DNA from: Spirochaetota bacterium
Lineage (GTDB): Bacteria; Spirochaetota; UBA12135; COTS27; CBDBHE01
Direction of reading: 5' to 3'
Length of the DNA: 64,000 nt
NCBI GenBank assembly: GCA_965205605.1
Contig: CBDBHE010000007.1
Span: 96,001-160,000, forward strand
In this document: one piece after another, positions 30,234 to 39,057 of the stretch
Layout of the letters: each line of letters starts with the position of its first letter
How positions within the stretch are numbered: position 1 is the stretch's first letter
Notes under the pieces: generated by a model
The model's input: the letters and a program-made list of their open reading frames with translations, nothing else
What the model was told of the DNA's origin: nothing
Databases searched by the model: none
Position numbers and translations under genes: made by a program

Positions 30234-31946
30234 TTAATAACTGACTTGCTTATCGGTTGCTTCATGATGTTCTTGGATAGGCGCTACGTTAATCCCATCG
30301 ATACTAGGATCATAAATATAGCAAGTAGGTGTATTGATGTTTTTTGATAACGTCTTTGTAGCATTTCTAATATTAATAACGACCCCTTCAAAAGCTTGCT
30401 GGAAAACTGCAATTCTTGCTTGATGGCTACCTTTTTCTATAGTGTGACGAAGATATCGAATTTCACTTTCAATTTCTTTTCTTTGCTGTAAGTATTCTTT
30501 CAGTTTGATTAGGTTTTCTTTAATCGCTTGAATTTTTTGAGGATTAGAAGCCACTTTTAAAAGGAAAGCTTTAGGATTTTTAAAATAACCTTCCCCAATA
30601 TTACTTTTATATTTAAAAATATGATTATTATTTTCTTTAAGAGAGGCTTCATACCCAATTATTTTAGCAACCACTCTAGGGTTATATCCTACAGAAAGGA
30701 CTGTTTTAATTGCATTAACATTACCTACAATAGCAGACTGTATTCCTTTATACGCTTCTAGTACCCCCCCAATAATTTTTCCTTTTTGAAGATTTTCAAC
30801 AATAATCATTCCACTAACAGAAGCATGACAATTCATTAAATACGTTTTAATAATCAAATCTCCCTCACATTGTATTTTAAAATTATTAGCATAACCAATA
30901 TGAACGCTTCCTTCGGCTTTAATGAAAGAATTGTCTCCTCCCATGACTCCCCCTCTAATAAAAATATCACGTTGGCTTTCAATATTAGCTTCTTCAACAT
31001 TCCCATTAATTTTAATCGTTCCTTTTGATTTAACCGAAAATCCTTTTGTCACATTTCCTTTAATCCAAACATTACTTTCTGAATCAATATTCCCTGTTGA
31101 AATATTGACATCACTACTAATCGTTTGTTCAGAAAGGACACTGAGTTTTTGCAACCGATTAATATCCAAAATTCCTTGGATTTCTGCATAAACCTTTTTT
31201 TCTTCTTCATCAATCTCAAGGCCTTTTCCTAAAGTATAAGTATTTATTTTTTCTGATTTTGGTTTAATTATCTCTCCAAAAATTGTTCTTCCATTTATTC
31301 CTTTTTGAGGGAGTTCATAGGTGGCAATTAATTCCCCTTTTTTTACATTACGAACGTAGTTTTTTTCTTTATAATTCATCTTCCCTGTTTTTTTTTCTAA
31401 TATCCCTAATTTGTTTTTATTGAGATCATAAACCATCTTAACAACCATCGGTCTTTGATGAACAACACCAAGCCCCTCGACAATGAGATGTCTTCCACCT
31501 ACATTAGAATTATAAGAACTCATGGCTTTATTAAAAGCTTGTGTATTATAAAGAATTTTAATTCCAAAAAGTTTCATTTCTTTTTCTAAGATTTCACTAT
31601 CTAAAACACTGTTTTGCGTGTCACTTGAAATAGGAATAATCACATAACCCTTCGTTCTATCTTTTGAATTAAAAAGAAATGAATAAACATTTACTCCTAA
31701 TTTTGTATAGTGAACAAAACCAGCCGCTAAAGAATATAAGGTTTTTTCATCTTTTTCATACCTAACTAAACCATTATAACGGATTTGAATGTCTCTTTTT
31801 TGTTTTAAAAGAGGCTGATCAGCAAGAACAAAATTTGTCGAAATTTCCTTTAACTGATCTAGATTGACTTCATCAGCTTCTTTAATAGCATTATATAAAT
31901 AAAGCGTGTCAACACCTTTATTGTAAAAATATTCTCCATCATACAT
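30234..31946 (-). CDS. FapA (DUF342) flagellar assembly-associated protein
   Basis: NVKKGELIA...GRTIFGE, DVNISTGNI, repeated IxGxV beta-solenoid, IIGG. Confidence 0.85.
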   Translation of the reverse strand: MYDGEYFYNKGVDTLYLYNAIKEADEVNLDQLKEISTNFVLADQPLLKQKRDIQIRYNGLVRYEKDEKTLYSLAAGFVHYTKLGVNVYSFLFNSKDRTKGYVIIPISSDTQNSVLDSEILEKEMKLFGIKILYNTQAFNKAMSSYNSNVGGRHLIVEGLGVVHQRPMVVKMVYDLNKNKLGILEKKTGKMNYKEKNYVRNVKKGELIATYELPQKGINGRTIFGEIIKPKSEKINTYTLGKGLEIDEEEKKVYAEIQGILDINRLQKLSVLSEQTISSDVNISTGNIDSESNVWIKGNVTKGFSVKSKGTIKINGNVEEANIESQRDIFIRGGVMGGDNSFIKAEGSVHIGYANNFKIQCEGDLIIKTYLMNCHASVSGMIIVENLQKGKIIGGVLEAYKGIQSAIVGNVNAIKTVLSVGYNPRVVAKIIGYEASLKENNNHIFKYKSNIGEGYFKNPKAFLLKVASNPQKIQAIKENLIKLKEYLQQRKEIESEIRYLRHTIEKGSHQARIAVFQQAFEGVVINIRNATKTLSKNINTPTCYIYDPSIDGINVAPIQEHHEATDKQVSY

Positions 31947-32011
31947 ATTAAAACCTAAATCAAAATCAATTTTTTATTCTCACACTAATTAAGTAAATAA
32001 TACAATTACTA

Positions 32012-32038
32012 TTATCGGTCTTTTTTTAATTAAATTCA
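32012..32038 (-). promoter_or_regulatory. Sigma28-like promoter of the FapA gene
   Basis: Minus strand TGAA-N15-ACCGATAA. Confidence 0.55.
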
Positions 32039-32069
32039 ACTTTCCAAATCAATGTTAAAATGAACCAAA

Positions 32070-34025
32070 ATGAAAGCCATATTATACCCTATCTTAGAAA
32101 AACTCAAAAATCCTAAAGATATTAAAAAAATGAGCACCCCTCAATTAAAAGCACTTGCCGAAGAAGTGCGATTATTTATCAATGAAACCGTTGTAGAAAC
32201 AGGCGGGCATTTGGGGCCTAACTTAGGTTGTGTAGAAATCATTATTGCTTGTCATTTTGTCTTTGATTTAATTAAGGATAGATTTATTTTTGATGTCGGG
32301 CATCAATGCTACCCTCACAAAATTATAACCGGTCGCTTCGCTTATTTCAAGACTCTTCGTCAAAAGGGAGGGATTAGTGGTTATCCTCACCAAAAAGAAA
32401 GTCCTTATGATGTTTTTAGAAGTGGTCACGCTTCAACAGCAATTTCAACTGCTTTAGGAATGCAAAAAGGATATATTTTAAATAATGAAAAAGACAGAAA
32501 AGCAATTGCTTTAGTTGGAGATGGCTCCTTAACAGGAGGAATGGCGTTTGAAGGACTAAATAATACGGGAATTTTAAAAGATAATTTAATGGTTATTTTA
32601 AACGATAATACAATGTCTATTTCCCCAACAGTAGGTGCTCTTTCTAATGCACTTAATAAAATTCGTCATCAAAAAATTTATTCTAATATTAGAGAAGAAT
32701 TCATTAAAATCATTAAAAAAATTCCTAAGTTTGGCTCTAGAATAGAAGGAACAATGAAACTTTTTTTAGAAGAAGCCAAAACACTCATTAATCCAAATCA
32801 AATTTTCACCACCCTTGGATTTGACTATATAGGGCCTATTAAAGGACATAATATCTCAGAAATTATTAGTTCTTTAAAAAAAGCGAAAGAAATCAAAGGG
32901 CCTGTTTTACTACATATCCTAACAGAAAAAGGCAAAGGGTATAGGCCCGATGGCCCTTATGGAAAAACGATCCAAGGACCACACGCACTTAGCCCAAAAA
33001 AAAAGAACTTCATTCAAAACCATCAACAAGAAAATCCTCCTGATTTAATTGTTAAAAAAAGAAAGAATTATTCTGCTTGTTTTGTTAATAAATTAATAGA
33101 GATCGCTAAAGAAAATGAAGACATTGTTGCCATTACAGCGGCCATGGCAGAAGGAACCGGTCTTGAACGTTTTGGAAAAATTTTTCCAAAAAGATATTTT
33201 GACGTAGGTATTTGTGAAGCACACGCTACTGGGTTTGCGGCTGGATTAGCTAGTACAGGGAAAAAACCTGTCTTTGCTGTTTATTCAACTTTTCTTCAAA
33301 GAGCTTTTGACCAAATTTTTCATGAAATTGTGCTTCAAAAAGATATTTCTGTTTTATTTTGTATTGATCGAGCAGGACTTGTTGGGGATGATGGACCCAG
33401 CCATCACGGAATGTATGATATTGCTTATTTAAGATTATACCCATCTTTTGTCCTTATGGCTCCAAAAAATGGAGAAGAACTTGGAAAAATGATACAATTT
33501 GGATTAAAGCTAAAACAACCTGTAGCAATTCGATATCCAAAAAATTCTATTCCTGATAAAAAAATTTTTAACACCAATGAAGAAATTCAATTAGGTAAAG
33601 CAGAAATCATTGCTAAAGGGGAAAAAATTTGTCTTTTTGCTTATGGAAGCATGGTTGAAATCGCCTTGGAAGCAGCCAATCAATTAGAAGATATTGGCAT
33701 CTTTACGACAGTTGTCAATGCTCGTTTTGCTAAACCAATTGATCACCTGATGATAGAATACCTTTTAAAAACTCACGAATCTCTAATCACTTTAGAAGAA
33801 GGGACCCTTAAAGGAGGATTTGGAAGTGGGGTTTTAGAATGCGCTAATGAAAAAAATCTTGATACTCGAAAAATAAAAATCTTAGGCTGTGCTGATAAAT
33901 TAATCGAACACGCCTCAAGAAAAGAACAATTATCTGAATGTTCTTTAGATACAAAAGGCATCGTTTTAGAAGTGAAAAAAAAAATGATTCACTTAAAAAA
34001 AAAACTAAACAATTTTAAAAAATAA
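32070..34025 (+). CDS. dxs: 1-deoxy-D-xylulose-5-phosphate synthase
   Basis: GGHLGPNLG, DVGHQCYPHK, GDGSLTGG, YSTFLQRAFDQ and DRAGLVG motifs. Confidence 0.98.
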   Translation: MKAILYPILEKLKNPKDIKKMSTPQLKALAEEVRLFINETVVETGGHLGPNLGCVEIIIACHFVFDLIKDRFIFDVGHQCYPHKIITGRFAYFKTLRQKGGISGYPHQKESPYDVFRSGHASTAISTALGMQKGYILNNEKDRKAIALVGDGSLTGGMAFEGLNNTGILKDNLMVILNDNTMSISPTVGALSNALNKIRHQKIYSNIREEFIKIIKKIPKFGSRIEGTMKLFLEEAKTLINPNQIFTTLGFDYIGPIKGHNISEIISSLKKAKEIKGPVLLHILTEKGKGYRPDGPYGKTIQGPHALSPKKKNFIQNHQQENPPDLIVKKRKNYSACFVNKLIEIAKENEDIVAITAAMAEGTGLERFGKIFPKRYFDVGICEAHATGFAAGLASTGKKPVFAVYSTFLQRAFDQIFHEIVLQKDISVLFCIDRAGLVGDDGPSHHGMYDIAYLRLYPSFVLMAPKNGEELGKMIQFGLKLKQPVAIRYPKNSIPDKKIFNTNEEIQLGKAEIIAKGEKICLFAYGSMVEIALEAANQLEDIGIFTTVVNARFAKPIDHLMIEYLLKTHESLITLEEGTLKGGFGSGVLECANEKNLDTRKIKILGCADKLIEHASRKEQLSECSLDTKGIVLEVKKKMIHLKKKLNNFKK

Positions 34026-34049
34026 CAAAAAAAGGAATAAAAAAGTAAA

Positions 34050-34679
34050 TTGAATATTATTCTTTTAGGGTCCCCGGGAGCTGGAAAAGGGACTTTAGCG
34101 TCTTTTTTAAGTAAAAAATTTAATTATTCTCATTTTTCTACAGGTGACATCTTAAGAGAAGAGATCAAAAGTAAAACAACTATTGGGAAAAAAATTACCA
34201 ATATTCTAAATAAAGGAGAGCTGGTAAAAGACGACTTGATGATTAAAATTATTAAATCCAAAACTAAAAAAGCCACCCAAGGGACAATTTTAGATGGTTT
34301 TCCTAGGACTTATAATCAAATATTAGCATTAGAAAAAATTATTAAAATTGACTTAGTCATTTATCTTTATGTTTCAAAAACAGTTGCTTTTAAAAGAGTT
34401 TTTGGTAGACTTAAATGTAAAAAGTGCACTTCTATCTTTAATATTTATTACAAGCCTCACCAAAAAAAAGGCGTTTGTGATGATTGCGGAGGGACTACTT
34501 TTGAAAAAAGAAGTGATGATAACAAAGAAATCTTTGATAATCGAATTGCTATTTTTGAGAAAACAATAAACGATTTAATTTTTTTTTATGATCAAAAAAA
34601 TGTTTTAGTAAAACTTAATGGAGAAGAAAAAATGGAAATAATTCAAAAAAAAGTGTTTGAAAAAATTACTGCTAAATAG
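34050..34679 (+). CDS. adk: Adenylate kinase with zinc lid
   Basis: GSPGAGKGT, STGDILR, LDGFPR, CKKC...CDDC and RSDD. Confidence 0.96.
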   Translation: MNIILLGSPGAGKGTLASFLSKKFNYSHFSTGDILREEIKSKTTIGKKITNILNKGELVKDDLMIKIIKSKTKKATQGTILDGFPRTYNQILALEKIIKIDLVIYLYVSKTVAFKRVFGRLKCKKCTSIFNIYYKPHQKKGVCDDCGGTTFEKRSDDNKEIFDNRIAIFEKTINDLIFFYDQKNVLVKLNGEEKMEIIQKKVFEKITAK

Positions 34680-34702
34680 TAAAACCTAAATCACTTTAAA
34701 AA

Positions 34703-35725
34703 ATGAATCAATTTTTATTATTAAAAATTTTTATCTTCTGCTTTTTTTTAGAATCTGCTTTCCCCATTCCAAAAATCTTAAAAGAAGTTTTAAATAAAAG
34801 TTACGACTACCAATCTGCTCTTAATAAAAAAGAATACTATACTGGTGAAAAAGCCTTCTTTTCAAATCAAGTTAAAAAAGGAGATTATAATATTTCAGGC
34901 AAACCTATTCTTCTTCATTTACAGCAAGGTCATTTCTTAAAAAATCAAGAAAAAAAAATCCAAGAAATTACAGATGCTTTTGGTTCGCTGACATTTGCAT
35001 TTAATGTTGGAAAAAAAGAAGGAACCTATATGGCTTCTGCTTATTTTCTCAATTCAAAACACGGTTATACCGAACACGCCAACTTTACCCCTTACATGGT
35101 CATCTCAAAATGGAAACTATGGATTCAGGTGCTTATTTTAATGAGTATGATGATCTTTTTTTATTTTAAAGAAATTAAAAACCATTCGATTGAAAAGTCA
35201 GTTCATTTTTTTTTTTTAAGCCCTTTTCTTGTAAAAGTAAAAGGAAAGAAAAAAAAATATAAATTAAATGCCTTATTTTGGATTCAAATTTCTTATGGGA
35301 TTGTTTTTTTAACTTTTTTAGCTTTTTATTTAGCTTTTTATTCTAATCTTTATTTAGTGCTTTCTTTATTTTTTATCTACACATTTTTTTTTAAAAATAG
35401 TAAAGTAGATACTTCTTTTTTTATTTATAGTTTTTTTATAACTTTTAGCTGGTTTATTTTAAAAAATTATGGACAGACATTTCTTTTTTCTAGTTTTTTT
35501 TCCCACCCTATTTTTATTGTTCTTTTATCATTTTTGATAATGTGTTTTCCTAGTCCTTTATTTTTTATTCCTTTAAGTGTTCTTCTAATTTTTTTAACTT
35601 CTTTTACACCTATTAACATTTTATACATCGTTTTATTTTCTGTTTTTACTTTTATCATCCACTGCTTTTTGACCTCTAATACTTTTAAACAAATAAACAA
35701 CCTACTCCCAAAGAAAAAAAAGTGA
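34703..35725 (+). CDS. Hypothetical membrane protein
   Basis: Signal peptide, soluble N-domain, multi-TM C-terminal half. Confidence 0.6.
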   Translation: MNQFLLLKIFIFCFFLESAFPIPKILKEVLNKSYDYQSALNKKEYYTGEKAFFSNQVKKGDYNISGKPILLHLQQGHFLKNQEKKIQEITDAFGSLTFAFNVGKKEGTYMASAYFLNSKHGYTEHANFTPYMVISKWKLWIQVLILMSMMIFFYFKEIKNHSIEKSVHFFFLSPFLVKVKGKKKKYKLNALFWIQISYGIVFLTFLAFYLAFYSNLYLVLSLFFIYTFFFKNSKVDTSFFIYSFFITFSWFILKNYGQTFLFSSFFSHPIFIVLLSFLIMCFPSPLFFIPLSVLLIFLTSFTPINILYIVLFSVFTFIIHCFLTSNTFKQINNLLPKKKK

Positions 35726-36678
35726 AGAAGATAAAAACAAAAAAAAAAAAAACCAATTTTGCAAGCACTACTTCAGCTTACATAAAAGAAATACCTGGTT
35801 ATTTTCTAAGTAAAAACGAACAGCTCCATTATGGAAAGCTTTTTCAAAAAGGCACCCTAAAAGAGCAAGATAAGGCGATGAATAAACTCGTTAACTCATC
35901 GCTTTATCTTGTTATTAAATTAGCAAAAACGGTGGGGCATTCAGGATTAGAGCTAGATGACTTAATCCAAGAAGGCAATATCGGCCTTATAGAAGCTGTT
36001 AAACGTTATGATTATACAAAAGGATTTGCTTTTACTACTTATGCAACCTGGTGGATACGACAATCTATTTTGAAATCAATTAAAGAAAAAGCCACCAACG
36101 TAAGATTACCTAATCATATCTATGACCTTCAAAGAAAAATTGATGAAGAAGAAAAAAAGTTTTTAAAGAAAGGTGAGAAAATTGACTCAACAACCATCGC
36201 CCATAATTTAGGAAAAAAAGTAGAACAAATTAAAAAGCATAAAGTTCATATTAAGATGAGATATACTAAAAACCTAGATGATTTTTTTAATGGGAACCAA
36301 AATACAGATAATTTAAAAATTAAGGTTTCAAATGAAACAGTCTTTGATGAAATTGCAAAGGGAGAAATTCAAAACTTTATTAAAAAGCTTTTGAAAAAAA
36401 ATATTTTAAACGAACGTGAAGTAGAAATTGTTTGCTTAAGATTTGGACTTATTAACCTCATTAACCCAAGTCACTATAAAGCGTACCAAAAAATCTTGTC
36501 TAAAACCAAAAAAAATCGTCAAAAAAATCGAAAAATAAAATTAAACCTTACTTTACAAGAAGTCAGCTTTTGTATTGGTATTAGCAAAGAACGCATTCGT
36601 CAAATCGAAGGAATCGCTATTAAAAAATTAAAAAGCTACCGAAAATTTAATGAAAAAGTTTTTTCTAACCTTCTTTAA
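35722..36678 (+). CDS. Alternative sigma-70 family factor (RpoD/RpoS-like, no region 1.1)
   Basis: DLIQEGNIGL, FTTYATWWIRQ, VRLPNH and TLQEV...SKERIRQIE motifs. Confidence 0.92.
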   Translation: MKKIKTKKKKTNFASTTSAYIKEIPGYFLSKNEQLHYGKLFQKGTLKEQDKAMNKLVNSSLYLVIKLAKTVGHSGLELDDLIQEGNIGLIEAVKRYDYTKGFAFTTYATWWIRQSILKSIKEKATNVRLPNHIYDLQRKIDEEEKKFLKKGEKIDSTTIAHNLGKKVEQIKKHKVHIKMRYTKNLDDFFNGNQNTDNLKIKVSNETVFDEIAKGEIQNFIKKLLKKNILNEREVEIVCLRFGLINLINPSHYKAYQKILSKTKKNRQKNRKIKLNLTLQEVSFCIGISKERIRQIEGIAIKKLKSYRKFNEKVFSNLL

Positions 36679-36808
36679 AATTTTTTAAAAAAATTTAATA
36701 ACCCATCAATAACTCCTTAATGACTATTTTAGGGCAACTTGGATTTTAACTATTTACTTTAAGCTTGTTGTTTATTTATAATGGGGTATAATTATAATAT
36801 TACGTTAA

Positions 36809-36974
36809 AGATTTATGATTTAATACTTTATATTTTCTAAAATTAAAGCAGAATCTATTGTTAGGTATAAATATTTATTTTATTAGATCAAATAACCCTA
36901 AAGGAAATCCATATGATATTTAAATGTTTATTAGTCTTAATAGCGATGCAGTTAAATGACTTGTTTTCTTATGA
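36809..36974 (+). repeat. Copy 1 of duplicated upstream plus signal-peptide cassette
   Basis: AGATTTATGATTTAATA...CTATTGTTAGGTATAAAT (36809-36872) and the first 62 coding nt are similar to 38934-39057. Confidence 0.9.
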
Positions 36975-38886
36975 AGCTGATACTAAATCCAACACCTCTC
37001 AAACAAAAAAACTATACAAAAAATCCTTACCCATTAAAACTAAAATCCTATCCATTAACAAACCTATCTCTTTTACTGAAGAAGTAACAGATAATTTCCA
37101 TATTGTCTATAATAAAAATAAAAAACACGCACTCTATGATCACAATATAAAAATAGAAGAGGAGGCTCTTTTAACACCATTTACAAAAAAAAAAAAAATG
37201 AAACCCTTATTTTTGTATTATAAAAAAGGATATCTAGCTAATAATGCGATTGTCTCTATCTATATTCATAAAATTAAAACTAAATCAACTCTAGGAGGCA
37301 AAAATGGATTAATATTAGGGGACGCTTCTATCAGTGTGAAAACAAGCGAGACTCTATCTTCAGTAAGCATAAGACATATTAAAAATAAAAAGGAAAATTA
37401 CATTTTTTATTTTCCTGGGATACCTAAAGATACTAAAGATGGATTAGCACTCTCAGCCAAAATGTCCTCAAACGATACACTACAATGGTTCTTAACTTAT
37501 AATTCATTTTCTTATAGAGGAGAATGTTTATTAAAGCAAACTTCTAAATACTACCCCATTGGTCTCTATCTAACACCCTCTAAACATCCACAGGAGATAA
37601 GTTCTTTTACTATTCGAAAGCTACTACAATCAAAGGAATTAAAAGCTAAATATGCCTTTAAAGAATTAACACATAAATATAACCCAAAATTCCATCCCCA
37701 GTATCAAAGCAGTCAATTAAAGTACGATCGTAACCACCCTGCTACAAAATACCTCGTGCTTAAATCCATACAAGGGCCTTTACACAAAGAAGAGATCGCA
37801 GGTTTAGAGAATTATTTATTAAACTATGGCAAACCCACTATTAACTGGCTAAATTATTATTTTAGAAGGACTTATATGCCCTATATGTTGGAATGGGTAT
37901 GGGAAAAAAAGAATAACCAAAAATTAATCAACCAATCTATCCAAATGGCACAAAGTGTCATTGCCCATAGAAGTGATAAACTTGGGGACGAAGGTATTTA
38001 TACTATAGGTCAGGTCCCTGTATGGCCCCATTACAGGGGTGTACAATTCTTAAAAGGAAAGATGACCTTGAGTTCTGGTTTCGCATCATTTGGTTCTGCT
38101 CTTTCATGGATAACTGTCCCTTCTAAACTAATTGCAAATAATAAAAACCTATGGGATCAAACAACAAGTATAAATAACAAAAACTATAAACAAATAGCCT
38201 ATGAGTTAATTGATGAAGCAATGGTGACTATTGATTTTACTTTAAAACACTATCTCGAAAAGAAAACAAAACTCTTAAAATCCCCTGCATGGGGAGCAGA
38301 ACCTGAAGGTTGGGTTCCTCAGTGGAATCGTTCACTTCCTTTTATAACGGCCTTAATACCTCTCATTGATGCGATGAAAGCTTTTAAAATCCACCCTAAA
38401 AAAATAGTATTATTAGAAGAAATTGTAAAAAGATACATTTCGTATTTTTTATCCTATGTCAAGTACTACGATCACAATGGAAAAACCGTACTCAACTATC
38501 CATATGGAGACTACCGTACTGTGAATAATCCAGAACAATCTGAAGACATCGGTCATGCCGGTTTTGATGGGCGTCAGCTTCAGATGATCTACAAAGCGAA
38601 AAGATATAGCTTAAAGGAAAAATTTCCAAAAGCCTATGCTAACACACTGGCAGATATCGTGTGTAAAGGAAATGGTGTCTTTAAAAAACGTTTAAAAGGA
38701 GACAGAACCTTTGCTTTTACCTATTTTGCAGGATTAGAAGGGCTTATCTGGCTTGCTCACTGGCGTCCTGAGCTCTACGAGCACGTCATTGAATACACCT
38801 ATAACAAAGTTCTCAAAAAGAGGCTCGATTCCAGGTTTGTCTGGGAAGTCCTTAAATTAAAAGAACAAAAACAGCAAAAAAAATAA
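36913..38886 (+). CDS. Secreted hypothetical protein, possibly carbohydrate-active (helical C-terminal domain)
   Basis: Signal peptide; beta-rich N-part; Trp/Tyr-rich helical C-part with NYPYG...SEDIGH; next to lyase genes. Confidence 0.6.
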   Translation: MIFKCLLVLIAMQLNDLFSYEADTKSNTSQTKKLYKKSLPIKTKILSINKPISFTEEVTDNFHIVYNKNKKHALYDHNIKIEEEALLTPFTKKKKMKPLFLYYKKGYLANNAIVSIYIHKIKTKSTLGGKNGLILGDASISVKTSETLSSVSIRHIKNKKENYIFYFPGIPKDTKDGLALSAKMSSNDTLQWFLTYNSFSYRGECLLKQTSKYYPIGLYLTPSKHPQEISSFTIRKLLQSKELKAKYAFKELTHKYNPKFHPQYQSSQLKYDRNHPATKYLVLKSIQGPLHKEEIAGLENYLLNYGKPTINWLNYYFRRTYMPYMLEWVWEKKNNQKLINQSIQMAQSVIAHRSDKLGDEGIYTIGQVPVWPHYRGVQFLKGKMTLSSGFASFGSALSWITVPSKLIANNKNLWDQTTSINNKNYKQIAYELIDEAMVTIDFTLKHYLEKKTKLLKSPAWGAEPEGWVPQWNRSLPFITALIPLIDAMKAFKIHPKKIVLLEEIVKRYISYFLSYVKYYDHNGKTVLNYPYGDYRTVNNPEQSEDIGHAGFDGRQLQMIYKAKRYSLKEKFPKAYANTLADIVCKGNGVFKKRLKGDRTFAFTYFAGLEGLIWLAHWRPELYEHVIEYTYNKVLKKRLDSRFVWEVLKLKEQKQQKK

Positions 38887-38933
38887 GACCCATTCAATCC
38901 TAAAAATTGGGATTCAGAAAGAATTAGTTTCGT

Positions 38934-39057
38934 AGATTTATGATTTAATATTTTATATTTTCTAAAATTAGAGTAACATCTATTGTTAGATATAAATGAT
39001 GTTTAAATACTTATTAGTCATATTAGTCATGCAGTTAACTGTCTTGTTTTCTTATGA
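38934..39057 (+). repeat. Copy 2 of duplicated upstream plus signal-peptide cassette
   Basis: Similar to 36809-36974 but lacks the ~40-bp SD-containing spacer. Confidence 0.9.

Noticed and set aside
36680-36810. att-site duplicate of the tRNA-Val 3' end at the islet's left border
   Set aside because: No copy of the tRNA 3' sequence found, so integrase-mediated insertion is unproven
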